Shown here in pieces: positions 12,839 to 26,267 of a DNA stretch of 64,000 nucleotides. The notes beneath the pieces are model-generated. The model searched no databases. It was not told the DNA's origin and worked only from the letters and a program-made list of their open reading frames with translations. Both the position numbers and the translations under genes were made by a program. This DNA comes from Octopus vulgaris (taxonomy: Eukaryota): positions 45,632,001-45,696,000 of the forward strand of contig OX597818.1 in NCBI GenBank assembly GCA_951406725.2, read 5' to 3'. Numbering within the stretch: the stretch's first letter is position 1; the number at the start of each line of letters is the position of its first letter.

Positions 12839-13336
12839 CTAGCACTATGACCTGGCGTTGCCGGGTCTAATGCTAGTGCTTGTTGTTCATTGCCGAGTTG
12901 CAGTAAAAATTTCTCACTAAATCAAGAGCTAAGTTTCTTATCACATTTCAGCCCGGGCCAATTTTGTTGTTTATGAGCTAATTGGAGCTTTTTATGAGAG
13001 TAATTAATATTCATTGGACTTCGGTTTTCACACCTGGAATGGCATAATCATGGAAAATTAGCGTGACTGTGCACATGCCATTAGTCAGACAAAAAAAGGA
13101 GGCAGAAGAAAGTGAAGAACTCGAATTTGGCCACAAAATAAATTATGGGCATAAGGGGTCGGTTTATCGATTTTTTAATGACTTTCTGGAGTGACTGGGG
13201 AAATGAAAAGATCTTCACGACCACCCTCAGACAGTTTTGAAAGCTCATAGCAAATGCGAGCCTTTTATGTGAAAAACTGTGGATTTGTATAAAGGACACA
13301 CAGATACACAGACATTTTGCCATTTATAGATATAGA
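12839..13336 (-). mobile_element. Non-autonomous Helitron
   Basis: 5' TCTATATC; 3' ACCCGGCAACGCCAGGTCATAGTGCTAG|T with hairpin. Confidence 0.8.
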
Positions 13337-13569
13337 ATCGTATTACTCTTTTACTTGTTTCTGTCATTTAACTAAGGCCATGCTGGAGCACCGCTTTTAG
13401 TCGAGCAAATCGATCCCAAAACTTATTCTTTGTAAGCCTAGTACTTATTCTATCGGTCTCTCTTGCTGAACTGCTAAGTTACGCGGATGTAAACGCACCA
13501 CCATTGGTTGTCAAGTGATGTTGGGGGACAACCACAGACACACAAATGTATTTCCACACATACATACAC

Positions 13570-13672
<103 letters not shown>

Positions 13673-13709
13673 TCTGTAAATGTAATATGTGACAATTATT
13701 CGGTAGCCA

Positions 13710-13758
13710 GGATAAAACTCTGAGGTGGAAATCCACGCCACCATCTCTTCAGTTATCC
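13710..13758 (-). ncRNA. Hammerhead relic lacking GAAA, in a (TA)n-flanked repeat 13675-13815
   Basis: GGATAA-CTGAAGA-GATGGTGG...CCAC-[CATCGAAA inferred missing]-CTCAGAG-TT-TTATCC; perfect 6-bp stem I. Confidence 0.5.
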
Positions 13759-13815
13759 AGCCATCGGAAAAACGTTATGAAAAATGAACATTATAAAAAG
13801 GAAGTTACTATGTTT

Positions 13816-13847
<32 letters not shown>

Positions 13848-14237
13848 GCAAGATTTTCATGAATGCAACCCTTTCATAATACAGAGGACATTGGCATAAG
13901 ATAGTCAATAAATAACTAAAGCACTGTTATTCTCTCATAAATTGGCACTATATTGACAGTCTTATTTAGCTGTCATTCTGCTGAAGAATAATTACATCAT
14001 AAGTGTCAGAATTATAAATAATTTGTATTTGATAGAAGTGAAGAGCAAAAAGCAAGTTTTTGGTGGGGTTACATAAAGCTAGTAAATTGAAAAAAAGCAG
14101 AAACCATTAAAATGATTATAGAATAGACAAAGGTAAGTTGCTTCCTAACAAGGGAAAGCTATGTCTTTTTCCATTAACCCCCTTCATTGCGGAAAAATTC
14201 TGATATGAAATGCAGCATCATACTCTCAATAGTACTC

Positions 14238-14613
14238 GGGGGGGGGGGTGAAGAGGAGGGAGGAGGGTGAAGAGGGAGTGACGAGGGGAGGGGGTGAGTG
14301 GGTGAAGAGGAGGGGAGGGGTGAAGAGGAGGGGAGGGGTGAAGAGGAGGGGAGGGTGAAGAGGAGGGGAGGGGTGAAGAGGAGGGGAGGGGTGAAGAGGA
14401 GGGGAGGGTGAAGAGGAGGGGAGGGGTGAAGAGGGGGGGAGGGTGAAGAGGAGGGGAGGGTGAAGAGGGGGAGGGTGAAGAGGGGGAGGGTGAAGGAGGG
14501 GAGGGTGAAGAGGGGAGGGTGAAGAGGAGGGTGAAGGGAGGGAGGGTGAAGAGGAGGGGAGGGTGAAGAGGAGGGGAGGGTGAAGAGGAGGGGAGGGGAT
14601 GGAGGAGGAGGAG
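14238..14613 (+). repeat. Purine/G-rich minisatellite, ~17-18-bp unit GGGGTGAAGAGGAGGGGA
   Basis: About 20 degenerate tandem units read directly. Confidence 0.95.
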
Positions 14614-16831
14614 GTATGTGCTGCTCTTTCACTCAATAATAATAACAATAATTTTTTCTACTCTAGGCACAAGGCCCAAAATTTTGGGGGAGGTGGGGGG
14701 CTGACAAGTAGATCAACCCCAGTAAGGAACCGGTACGTAGTTTATCGATACCAAAAGGATGGAAGGCAAAGTCGACCTCAGTGGAATTTGAACATAAAGA
14801 CAGACAAAATACTGCTAAGCATTTCGCCCAGCATGCTAATGTTTCTGCCAGCTCACCACTTTAGAGTGGGGCTGATTCTGCCCAAATCATGCCCACAATA
14901 ATAATAAACCCCAGCTGTTTCGTTGGGTAATTAATTGAGCATTTAAAAAAGTTTATGGGTGGTAACCCCTTCCATATCTGGCATCCCCCACAGCTCCATG
15001 GATGCTGTCTTTCCTTTGTGGCATATCCATGAGTGGAGAGCTGTGAAGTGCACTTGGGTCTAGGTACTCGCTTCTGGAAACAGCCCAGGCACAACAGAGA
15101 TGATTAAGTTACTGTTTCTTATTTATTTATTACCTACAAGGGGCTAAACATTGAGGGGACAAACAAGGACAGACAAAGGGATTAAGTCAATTACATCGAG
15201 CCAAGTGCATAACTGGTACTTATTTAATCGACCCCGAAGGGATGAAAGGCAAAGTCAACCTCGGTGGAATTTGAACTCAGAATGTAGCGGCAGACGAAAT
15301 ACCTATTTCTTTACTACCCACAAGAGGCTAAACATAGAGAGGACAAACAAGGACAGACAAAAGGATTAAGTCGATTATATCGACCCAGTGTGTAACTGGT
15401 ACTTATTTAATCAACCCAAAAAGGATGAAAGGCAAAGTCGACCTCGGCGGAATTTGAACTCAGAACATAGCAGCAGACAAAATACCGTTAAGCATTTCAC
15501 CCAGCATGCTAACGTTTCTGCCAGCTTGCCACATTTAAGTTACTGTTTCTGCAATATGCCAACCAGCAATGAATGAAAGCCAATCATAAACAAAGAAGTG
15601 CCAAGCAATCCAAAAGGAAGAATCATGCAGAGGAGAGAAACATCAAGAAAGACATGGGAAGTTGTGAAGGCTGATCCTCTGAATACAGAACTTGAAGAGG
15701 GTGACAAGGAACTGCAAAAAAACAAAGAGATACTGCACTGGAGAAGATTCATCCAACCCATGCAATCGTGGAAAAATGGACATAAAATTATGACAATGAT
15801 GATAATGATGATAATGATGACAATGATGACAACGATAGTGATGATTAAGTTTGACTAAAGATTAATCTAGTGGATGGTGTGTGTGTATTTTGTTTTCTAG
15901 TTTTCTTCATAGACAAATTCCAGTCTTTCGTTTTACTTATACCTTCATGGTACACCTGTCTTTTGTGTGTTTAAATTCACCTGATGAATCCAGTAATGTG
16001 CACAACTCTTCTATAGAAAAATCTTGTTGTATACCCAATTGAATATTAGCTAATAACCCATTTTCTATAGTGATGTTTGAACAAAAATTTTAATAATTTT
16101 ATATTTTGTTGAATTTACCTGTATTTACCTGTAATTAGAGTCACTTTGTGACAAAAATTATGGTATAGAATTGGTTGAGAACCTTTCGTTAAATTATCTT
16201 CCAAAATTCGAATTAATATGTTGATATATTAAATTCACATTGATATGTTGCTTACCAACCACATGGTTCCGGGTTCAGTTCCACTGCATGGCACCTTGGG
16301 CAAGTGTCTTCTACTATAGCCTTGGGCCAACCAAAGCCTTGTGAATGAATTTGGTAGACGGAAACTGAAAGAAGCCCATCGTATATATGTATATGTATAT
16401 GTATATAATGTATGTGTGTGTATATGTTTGCATCTCTGTATTTGTCCCCCCCACCCCAACATCACTTGAAAACCAATGCTGGTGTGTTCATGTCCCTGTA
16501 ACATAGTGGTTCGGCAAAGGAGCCCGATAGAACCAGTACTAGGCTTACAAAGAATAAGTCCTGGGGTCAATTTGCTCAATTAAAGGCAGTGCTCCAGCAT
16601 GGCCACAGTCAAATGACTGAAACAAGTAAAAGAGTAAAAGAGAGAGTAAATAAAAAAGTTAGAGTTGTTTAATGAAACCAGACTAAACTTATAATTATGT
16701 TAGAAAAGACATTTTGGCTAGAAATATGGTAACAAAAGGGTTAAACGGATGACACCACTCTGCTTGCTTCATTCTTCCAAATACTTTATGGTTAAATTCC
16801 ATATATTTTATGACTGAATAATTATCAGTAT

Positions 16832-17363
16832 GGAAGCACTCCGTCGGTTACGACAACGAGGGTTCCGGTTGATTCAAATCAACGGAACAGCCTGCTCGTG
16901 AAATTAACGTGTAAGTGGCTGAGCACTCCACAGACACGTGTACCCTTAACGTAGTTCTCGAGGATATTCAGCGTGACACAGAGAGTGTCAAGGCCGGCCC
17001 TTTGAAATACAGGTACAACAGAAACAGGAAGTAAGAGTGAGAGAAAGTTGTGGTGAAAGAGTACAGCAGGGATCACCACCATCCCCTGCCGGAGCCTCAT
17101 GGAGCTTTAGGTGTTTTCGCTCAATAAACACTCACAACGCCTGGTCTGGGAATCGAAACCGCGATCCTATGACCGCGAGTCCGCTGCCCTAACCACTGGA
17201 CCATTGCGCCTCCTGTTTACAGAATAATGCTCTATGAGACTAAATATTCGCCTAAATTTTGTTGGAAACAAACTTTACAGAAATCAAATAGGTCATCTGA
17301 TCGTAATCACTGTAATATAAACACTATCAAAAGGACAAATTCACTGGGCCATTGCGCCTCCAC
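16832..17363 (-). mobile_element. tRNA-derived SINE with 12-bp TSD and a 128-nt insert in its head
   Basis: Head matches the 3413 SINE, tail matches the 22201 SINE; TSD AATTATCAGTAT at 16820-16831 / 17364-17375. Confidence 0.85.
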
Positions 17364-17988
17364 AATTATCAGTATAAAGGTTATTCAACAGTAAAAAGAA
17401 ACTGCTTAGACAATATGCAAACCATGAATTTACAAAGGCCACCCTACCCATGTAAGAACAAAAAAAATAAATAAATAAATGTAAAACATTTTGTTTTTTA
17501 AATATCAGCTGATAGTATAAGAGATATGTTATATTATTGCGATATATAATTTATCTTCTTTCTCAGACTCGAACTCATGTAATATTTAATAATCTATTCA
17601 ATTTGTTAGAAGCCATTAGAAGCTTCTATATCAGTTATTTATATCATAGCAAGAGGATCCATCCATCTTTCTAGAAAAGCATAAAGATGTTTAATCAACA
17701 TCTGTTTCCTTCATTTGTCTTTTATATTTTACTTGCTTCAGTCATTAGGCTGTGGCCAAGCTGGGGCACCACCTTGAGGAATTTTAATCAAATGAATCAA
17801 CCACATTAATTATTAATCCTGATACGTTTTTTTTTATCAGTCTCTTTTGTCAAACCACTAAGTTACAGGGAACATAAACACACCAACATCAGTTGTCATA
17901 CTGTTCTATATTTAAGAGATGAGGAATTATGAACATTATTTACATTATTTACAATTGACAGATATTTGTCCTCATCTTGTTTGTTGTT

Positions 17989-18034
17989 AACACAATGTTT
18001 CAACTGATATACCCTCCAGCCTTCATCAGGTGTC
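17989..18034 (-). ncRNA. Minimal hammerhead motif in a ~190-bp repeat (17901-18095)
   Basis: GACAC-CTGATGA-A-GGCTG-GAGGGTATAT-CAGTT-GAAA-CA-TT^GTGTT; stem I GACAC/GTGTT; stem III broken (inferred CG>CA). Confidence 0.65.
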
Positions 18035-18177
18035 TTGGGGAAATCTCAAACCTGGGTTGTCATTCCTGAGGTATTTTTTCAATGTTGTTGTTGTTATTAT
18101 CATTATAGTTGTTGTCATCATCATCATCATCATCATCATCATCGTCATCGTCGTCATCGTCGTCGTCATCGTCATCG

Positions 18178-18223
<46 letters not shown>

Positions 18224-18929
18224 TATTATTGGAACTATGAGGTCCGCAGTCAGCGAACCATTTTCTTCAAATAGTGGCTTCATCTTGTAATGCACTGAAA
18301 CAGATTCTTTTGCAAATTAGCAGGACCCCTTAAGGCCTTCAACAAATTGCCCTGGTTTCTCTATATTCCTTTTCATTTTTGTGAGAGGATGAGTTTACTT
18401 CCAATCTGTGGAAGTGCCATCTTGAGATAGAACTTCTTGCTGTCTTTTTTGTGTGTTTTGGCTCCTTTTCCTGGGACAAATTTGATGTATACTCTTCAAT
18501 ATAAATTCTTTGAGTTTCATGTCATTGTCTGGCATAAAGACAATGTGTTTTCCCAACTCCACTGGAAATATGCCAATAAGTAAGTCTGATGAGTTCTTCA
18601 ACACAGCAGATCCATGAAGAGAAGAGGTATGGACATTAAATGATGATGGTGATGATGTACAAGAGGTTTCCTACATTCTCCATTTATCAATATACCCTAC
18701 AAGGTGTTGATCAATTCACTGTTTATAGTAGAAGACACTTACCCAGAGTGCCATCCAGTAGGTCTGAATTGGAAATTATGTGGTTGCTATAACAACTTTT
18801 TAAGCACACACCCATATCCACAGACACACACACATACACACACGCACAAATACATACATGCACACACAAACACATATATTCACACACATGTGCACAGAAA
18901 CACATACATGCACATACAAACACATATGT

Positions 18930-18972
<43 letters not shown>

Positions 18973-21099
18973 AACACACACATACATAAAACAATGAGCT
19001 TTGGCACAGTTTCTATTTACCAAATTCCACAGCAATGTATGATGGAAGGTACCTGTCCAATGTACTGCATAATGAAAAGGGGACCTCAAACCATGTTATG
19101 TTACTTGAGTTTTTACTCTAATTCCTGTTCCAACATTTGCTAATTCTTACAATAACTTTTAACACAAAATTATGTTTCTTCCAAATTGTCAAGATATATA
19201 ATTTTCAACAAAAGTTAGGTCCCTCTACATAAGTTTATCAAGTAATATTTTAAGACTTATATCCATATTTCCAAGATACTCATCATCATCGTTCAATGTC
19301 TTCTGTCCATGCTGACATGGATTGGATCGTTTCACCAGGGGTGGCAAGTGCTGGAAGGCTGCACCAGACTCCAGTCTGATTTGGCATAGTTTCTATGGCT
19401 GGTTGCCCTATCCTAACGCCCACCACTCTGACAGTGTAATGGATGCTTTTACATGCCACCAGCATAAGTGCCATTTGTATGATACCAGTATCGGTCATGG
19501 TTGAGATTTTACTTGGCTTGATGGGTCATCTTCTCAAGTACAATATAATGTATGTATCAATGTAAAAAACAAATATTTTAGACCTTTTTCTTTTTAGGCA
19601 AAATTTATGGGGATCAGTTTTTACATGGATGCTACTTTGAGGGGCTGAAATTCATGCTAGATTCCTATCATAGCAGAATCCCAAATGACTTCTAAATGAA
19701 ACACAACAAATTATAGTAGTGCCAAGAGCACCATCCAAGTGTGATCATTGCCAGAGCAGCCAACTGGCTTCCGTACCCATGGCACATAAAAGGGCACCAT
19801 TCGAGCGTGATCATTACCAACGTCACTTGTAAAAAGATTCGAGCGAGGTCATTGCCAGTACCGCCTGACTGGCCCCTATGCCGGTGGCATGTAAAAAGCA
19901 CCCATTACACTCTTGGAGTGGTTGGCATTAGGAAGGGCATCCAGCTGTAGAAACACTGCCAGATCAAGATTGGAGAATGTTTGGTTCCTCTTCATTGTTA
20001 GTAGTAATTGCTGAGACAGATAGAATGATGTTGTGAGAGAACAGAATTAGAGCTAGAGAGAGTTAAAGGGTGTTGTCTCACAGTTGCTTCCTCCCTCTGA
20101 CCACGGTTGGTCAGCCAGACCTCATTGAGTCATCACCGGTTGGTGACTAACTGATTTTTGTATGGGATGTGCTTGTTTATATCAAGATCCAGAAGGACAG
20201 ACATACAATTGAGAACAATAGATTTAGTTGGTGGTCTTGTTATCTCTTATTCTAGCTTTTGGTGAAGTAGAAGAGGTTAGATAGGGTCAAGTGGTGAAGA
20301 CATTAATTTCGGCCTAGCTAAAGGCATCTGGAAAATGTAAAACTGCTGTCAGAGAAAAAAACCATTGTTCCGTCGTGGGAAAGTTCTGTAGCAGTGTTGA
20401 TTTAAATTTGGCTATGGTGGATCGAATCCACATCATGCATGCAAGATTCGCTACAAACTTATACCTCCTCAGAATTATTGTATAGTTATTACCACAAACT
20501 TACTGTAATAGAATGCACATGGCTGATACCTGCTCAGCTGGTGGCTTGCATAACATCACTTGCTTCATGTGTTTCACATCGCAACTCTCTAATCACCTTA
20601 TTTTCATAATTGTGGATAAAATCACTCGCATCAGAGTTACAGCATATCTGTGCTGCATCATAATTACTAATTAATATGCCTTAAAGCTTCAATGCACCTT
20701 TAGGATTTCAATGTTCCTTCATGTTTAAATGCCAAAATTGATACAATCTCCACAGAAAATGTTTTCTTTTCCTTCCTGCCTGGGTTAGGGATGTCCATTT
20801 TCTTTGTTGAATTTTTAATTATAATAAAATCATTGCAGCTTAAGGTCATAAAATATAAAACATAAAAGTAAATAATAACAATAGAAATAAAATTAACGAG
20901 TAAACTTTAATTTATGCATATAAAAAGTAAAGCAGAAATTTAATAGTTTTAAATTACAATTGCATGGTACGTCTTAAACATTTCAAGCACAACAGTTCGT
21001 TAAAATCCTGTTAAATTACACTCTTTATCATTTACAGCACTGAATAAAGCTTCATAATTTAATAATTTAATATCACGATAAGGATTATCTTCATCTCTG

Positions 21100-21585
21100 C
21101 TGTCTATAGTTACAAGCAGCGCATCATCCACTTCTTCTTTAGACATGTCATCCAACAGACAATCACCTTCTGTATGCATTCAAAATCCCACATTTCTTCA
21201 ATTATTTGATTATCATGTCAGTTTTTATTTCCTTCCATAAATCAATGATCCATTCACAGACTGGAGACAGGGATGGAGCCTGCATGCTGCTTCCTTTTAT
21301 GCATATTCTTCTCTCCATTACGCATCCAGTTATCCTACTTGATTCTCGTGTCCTTAAATGATTTCTTGATATTAACATTTAATGGCTGCAAAACAGTGGT
21401 GTGCCTGCCAGGAAATTAAGCTATGGCAGTATTTTGTGATTGGAGGTTGTCAATAATGTTCTTCACTAGATGTGCCCTAAATAGGTCCACACAAGCAAAT
21501 GCTTTTCCTTTCATAGCCTGCCAGATTGTAAGTTCCAAACTTCTTTCGTCCTTTTACCACATCCACCCTCATCCATTGTGCCTTG

Positions 21586-21590
<5 letters not shown>
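21100..21590 (-). mobile_element. pogo/Tigger-like DDE transposase relic
   Basis: Frameshifted FPGRHTTVLQPLNVNIKKSFK (cf. IPGGxTxxLQPLDV...FK). Confidence 0.55.
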
Positions 21591-21616
<26 letters not shown>

Positions 21617-22200
21617 GTTTAGCGTCTGCTTTCCATGCTAGCATGGATTGGACGGTTCAACTGGGGTCTCTTACGTGCCACTGGCACTGGTATCACAGCT
21701 ACAATTTCCATTGATGTTGATCGATTTCGATTTTGATTTTGATTTGCAGAAGTATATATATATATTAGATAATTCCCTTACAAAATTTCTCCTTAAAAAC
21801 AATTGTTAGTTTTAATCTAGTACAACAAAAACAAAAGTAACCCTACTTTTCTTGAGGCCAATAATTTTCATCAATACTGTTTTTTCTTCTTTTGATCCAT
21901 AATTCATTTCTCTGGTATGTCAAGAGTTAATTGGCATTTCATACATGTTCTTAATTATGATAACTTGCAGCCTTCTTTCTGCCAACTTCTTATTACAAAC
22001 TGATGAAGCAGTTTTTATAATTTCTTAGTCTTCTGCTGAAATGCTACATCATACCATCTTATGAACCTAGCAAACTGTTGTAATGTAATTTGTTACATAC
22101 AATAAATAAGATAATCAGAAAACTGTAAATAGTCGTTGTATACTGTCAACTTAATGTGACAGTCCCATGAAGGGAATCATACTACTGCTATTTAGCCCTA

Positions 22201-22525
22201 GTGAGGGTGCGTGGCTTAGTGGTTAGGGCATTCGGCTCATGATCGTAAGGTTGTGAGTTCGATTCCCGGCAACGCGTTGTGTCCTTGAGCAAGACACTTT
22301 ATTTCACGTTGCTCCAGTCCACACAGCTGGCAAAAATGAGTTGTACTTGTATTTCAAAGGGTCAGCCTTGTCACTCTCTGTGTCATGCTGATTATCCCCA
22401 AGAACTACGTTAAGGGTACACGTGTCTGTGGAATGCTCAGCCATTTGCACGTTAATTTCACGAGCAAGCTGTTCCGTTGATCGTATCAGCTGGGACCCTC
22501 GTCGTCGTAACCGGCGGAGTCTTTA
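22201..22525 (+). mobile_element. tRNA-derived SINE with TSD ATTTAGCCCTAG
   Basis: A box TGGCTTAGTGG, B box AGTTCGATTCC; GTGTCCTTGAGCAAGACACTT central motif. Confidence 0.85.
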
Positions 22526-22631
22526 AATTTAGCCCTAGGAAGAAGCAACACTTCCTGTCAGCCTTGACACATTTTCTGTATCCTTATGTTTGCAAGGTGG
22601 AGATAAGCACCTCCACCCAGCTAAGCCTGCA

Positions 22632-22674
22632 TCCAGAGACTAGTTTCTGAGTCTTTGCTTGTCATCAGTCTGGA
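22632..22674 (-). ncRNA. Minimal type I hammerhead ribozyme (stem II CpG-decayed)
   Basis: TCCAGA-CTGATGA-CAAG-CAAAGA-CTCA-GAAA-CTAG-TC^TCTGGA: perfect 6-bp stem I, palindromic stem III ACTAGT, GUC triplet. Confidence 0.8.
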
Positions 22675-25600
22675 GTAGCATGGCTTGCTAGTTGGAGATG
22701 CCTATCTAGCCTTTGCAAACATATAACAATTCCAGTGAAATACATTCACTGATTACAAAAATAGAAATAATAAATTTTTAAATATCTCAGAGAGATTTAT
22801 GCAGTAGTGATATGATAAAGTAGTTGTATACTGTCAACTTAATGTGACAGTCCCATGAAGGGAATCATATTACTGCTATTTAGCCCTAGGAAGCATCAAC
22901 ACTTCCTGTTCGATATTCTTTTCTACTCTCGGCACAAGGCCCAAAATTTTTGGGGAGGGGTGGCCAGTTGATTAGATCGACCCCAGTATGCAACTGGTAC
23001 TTAATTTATTGATTCCAAAAGGATGAAAGGCAAAGTTGACCAATGCTTCCCAAAACAATGTAACAAACTAACAAATCTCTTTACGAACCAACAATCAATA
23101 TTCTTTGTGAACTAACCAACTAACACCTTCTGACTTTACTGCAAACTAACACGAACTTCACTCAACTTCAAACTCTGAACTCACTGGGATCGTTACTATT
23201 TATACTTTACTCAGACCAGTCTATCTCTCACAAGGGGGCGTTGTAACTCTCATCACAACACAAACCATCCAAGAACCTCTTTAAAATCCAAAATTCCAGC
23301 CTCCTTTGCTTTTTTCCATGCATAGATTCAGAGGGTTGCATGAGTAACATAATTTCCATTTTGACTATCCTCAAGTACCTACTTTTTCTCTCCAATTGTG
23401 GATACTTACTTAGTTTACCTTTATTACTCTTTTACTTGTTTCAGCCATTTGACTGCGGCCATGCTGGAGCACCACCTTTATAGTCGAGCAAATCGACCCC
23501 AGGACTTATTCTTTTGTAAGCCTAGTAGTTATTCTATCGGTCTCTTTTGCTGAACCACTACGTTATGAGGACATAAACACACCAGCATCGGTTGTCAAGT
23601 GATGTTAGGGGGACAAACACAGACACACCAACACACACACACATATATACATATACATATAATTACATATACAACGGGCTTCTTCCAGTTTCCATCTACC
23701 AAATCCACTCATAAGGCCTTGGTCAACCTGAGGCTATAGTAGAAGACACTTACCCAAGGTGCCACACAGTGGGACTGAACCTGGAACCATGTGGTTGGTA
23801 AGCAAGCTACTTACCACACAGCCTCTCCTACATTTTCTTTTTGTCATTGTCTAAAGTTTGTTTGATATCTTTCTTCAAAACACTGATTTCTTCAAGACAC
23901 AAAATTCTCTTCCTATATTGTAGTTGTCTTCTTAATAACTTCAATAAAAATTTTTTCTTTTTCCTTTTTTTATTTTTGATGGAGTGTTTCTGGAGGAGAT
24001 TTTTTACACAAAACTTTGAGGAAATTTTAAATCACTATACACAACTGTATTCCTCAAGTGATTATACAGGAACTAAAGTCAGATGAACTGCAAAGTGACA
24101 TTATGACCTGACTTGGCTTGTTCAATAAGAAGGTGGCAAGCTGGCAGAAATGTTAGCACGCCAGGCAAAATTCTTGGTAATTTGTCTGCCTTTACGTTCC
24201 GAGTTCAAATTCCGCTGAGGTCAACTTTGCCTTTCATCCTTTTAGGGTCAATAAATTAAGTACCAGTTGCATACTGGGGTCGATCTAATCAACTGGCCTC
24301 CCGTCCCCAAAAATTTTGGGCCTTGTGGCTAGAGTAAAAAAGAATATTGAACTTTAAGAAACCTGTAACCTAACATTTGTGTGTATTGTACACCAAAACA
24401 CTCACTGATAATAGGCTGAGGTGATTTCCTTAGATTATAGTATTTATTCATTGTCATATATATGTTAAGTGTATTTGTGCATGTGTATGTGTACATGTGT
24501 GTATGTAAGTGTGCATGTGTGTGCACGTGTATTTCTGTATTTTTATGCATATGCCATCATCATTACCATTGTTTTAGCGTCCACTTTTCTATGCTCATAG
24601 AATTTGTTGACGCAGATTTTCTTCAGCTAAATGCCCTTCCTGTTGCCAAACCTCACCTGTTTCCAAGTAAAGTAATATCTTCCCATGACCAGATATGTCT
24701 TCATTGAAGATTAGAAATGAACGGTACCACTTACGTGACGGCGACATTCATTTACAGCTATCACATTATATAAAGGTAAGGAAACAGTAACAATCATACA
24801 CATACACACACAAACATTCTTATATATATATATATATCATCATCATTATCGTTTAACATCCGTTTTCCATGCTAGCATGGGTTGAACAGTTCGACCAGGG
24901 TCTGGGAAGCCAGGAGGCTGCACCAGGCTCCAGTCTGATCTGGCAGTGTTTCTACAGCTGGATGCCCTTCCTAATGATAACCACTCCGTGAGTGCAGTGG
25001 GCGCTTTTTACATGCCACCAGCACAGAAGCCAGTCAAGGCGGTGCTAGCATCGGCCATGTTCAGATGGTGCTTTTTACATGCCACCAGCACAGGTATCAC
25101 AACTACAATTTCCATTTGATATTTATTTTGATGTTGATGTACTCAATAGGTCTCCTCAAGCACAGCAGGTCACCCTACGATCCAAGGTAAGCACAGCAGG
25201 TCGTTCTGCAATCCATGGTACTTTGGATGGGCTGGGGCTATGCAAAACTGGTGCAGAAAACAGCCATGAACTCACATTATTTGTCAGGTCTTTGCAGTCA
25301 CAGCATGTCTCCAGTATGTACGAGCAAAATGCCCTCCTGTCCAATGGATGGTGCTGAATCATATCTACTGAATAAAAAGCAATCAGTGTTTTTTTTTTCA
25401 TTTAAAAATAATTAAGCATGCCTTTATTTCAATAAAATTTTTAGTTTTGTTTAACGAAGTCAAGGCAAAAAAAAAACTTCTCGAGAAACCAAATTGTCTT
25501 TCCTTCTTTCATGCCAAGTTTGAAGAAAATATCTCTTTTGCATCTTATTTTTTTGGTCTCTTAAATATACTGCATTTTGTGGCATTATTCCAAGACAGCC

Positions 25601-26062
25601 TGCTTTTTTTTGTGCAAACTGCACATGCATTTTTCTCACATACACGTAGTATCGATCGCAACAGCTGATGCACGTTTCCACGGCTTTATCGATTGCATTC
25701 TCGCCTGGAATCGATTTTTGTAATTTTTTCAAGACTTATACACGTCCTGATACCGTTGGTATCTACATATCAAATCTGAGCGCAATTGGATGGAGGATGC
25801 CCAAGATCCTAGAAAACACACACACAGACAGAACGGATTTTCTATAATAGATATACATACATACCTATACACATATACAATGGACTTCTTACAGCTTCTG
25901 TCAACTAAACCCACTCATGTGGCTTTGGTCAGCCCAGGTTTATAGTACAAGACACTTGCCAAAGCTGTAACAAGGTGGGATGAATGAAAAGTAATGTGGT
26001 TGAGAAACAAACTTATCAAACAGTCATGTCTGTGTGCACTGTATACAATAAGCTTATTATTA

Positions 26063-26267
26063 GATGACATAAAAAGATACCTTGGTGAATTCTTTGCCAT
26101 GAAACCACCTCAATTCTGGGAAGAGAGTATTTTCAAGTTAAAGGAAAAATGGAGACGCATTGTGCAACAAAATGGTTCATATTTGGTTGATTAAAAATGT
26201 AAGGGCAAGTATTTATTGACCTTTTTCTTTCCTTTAAAAATCGGCACGAACTTTCCGGACAACCCAA
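26063..26267 (+). mobile_element. mariner 3' fragment (transposase C-terminus + TIR)
   Basis: FFAMKPPQFWEESIFKLKEKWRRIVQQNGSY*, then GCACGAACTTTCCGGACAACCCAA|TA. Confidence 0.85.

Larger units (their letters stand above)
22135..22909 (-). mobile_element. Hammerhead-bearing ~360-bp unit with ~85-bp terminal direct repeat, interrupted by a SINE (22201-22525)
   Basis: TGTATACTGTCAACTTAATGTGACAGTCCCATGAAGGGAATCAT...GCCCTAG occurs at both ends; shares sequence blocks with the element at 30708-31181. Confidence 0.7.

Noticed and set aside
14174-14648. Pro/Ser/Leu-rich and other low-complexity ORFs (also 9913-10265, 13474-13744, 18026-18295, 18704-19143, 40426-40995)
   Set aside because: They are translations of micro- and minisatellites, open in several frames and on both strands
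23059-23260. Possible solo LTR (TGT...ACA); similar candidate near 19978-20455
   Set aside because: No clean TSD, PBS or second copy in the window
25791-25800. TGGAGGATGC as the missing 3' end of the split tRNA-Ala
   Set aside because: Only 10 nt match, the T arm is absent, and it lies inside a Helitron-like repeat
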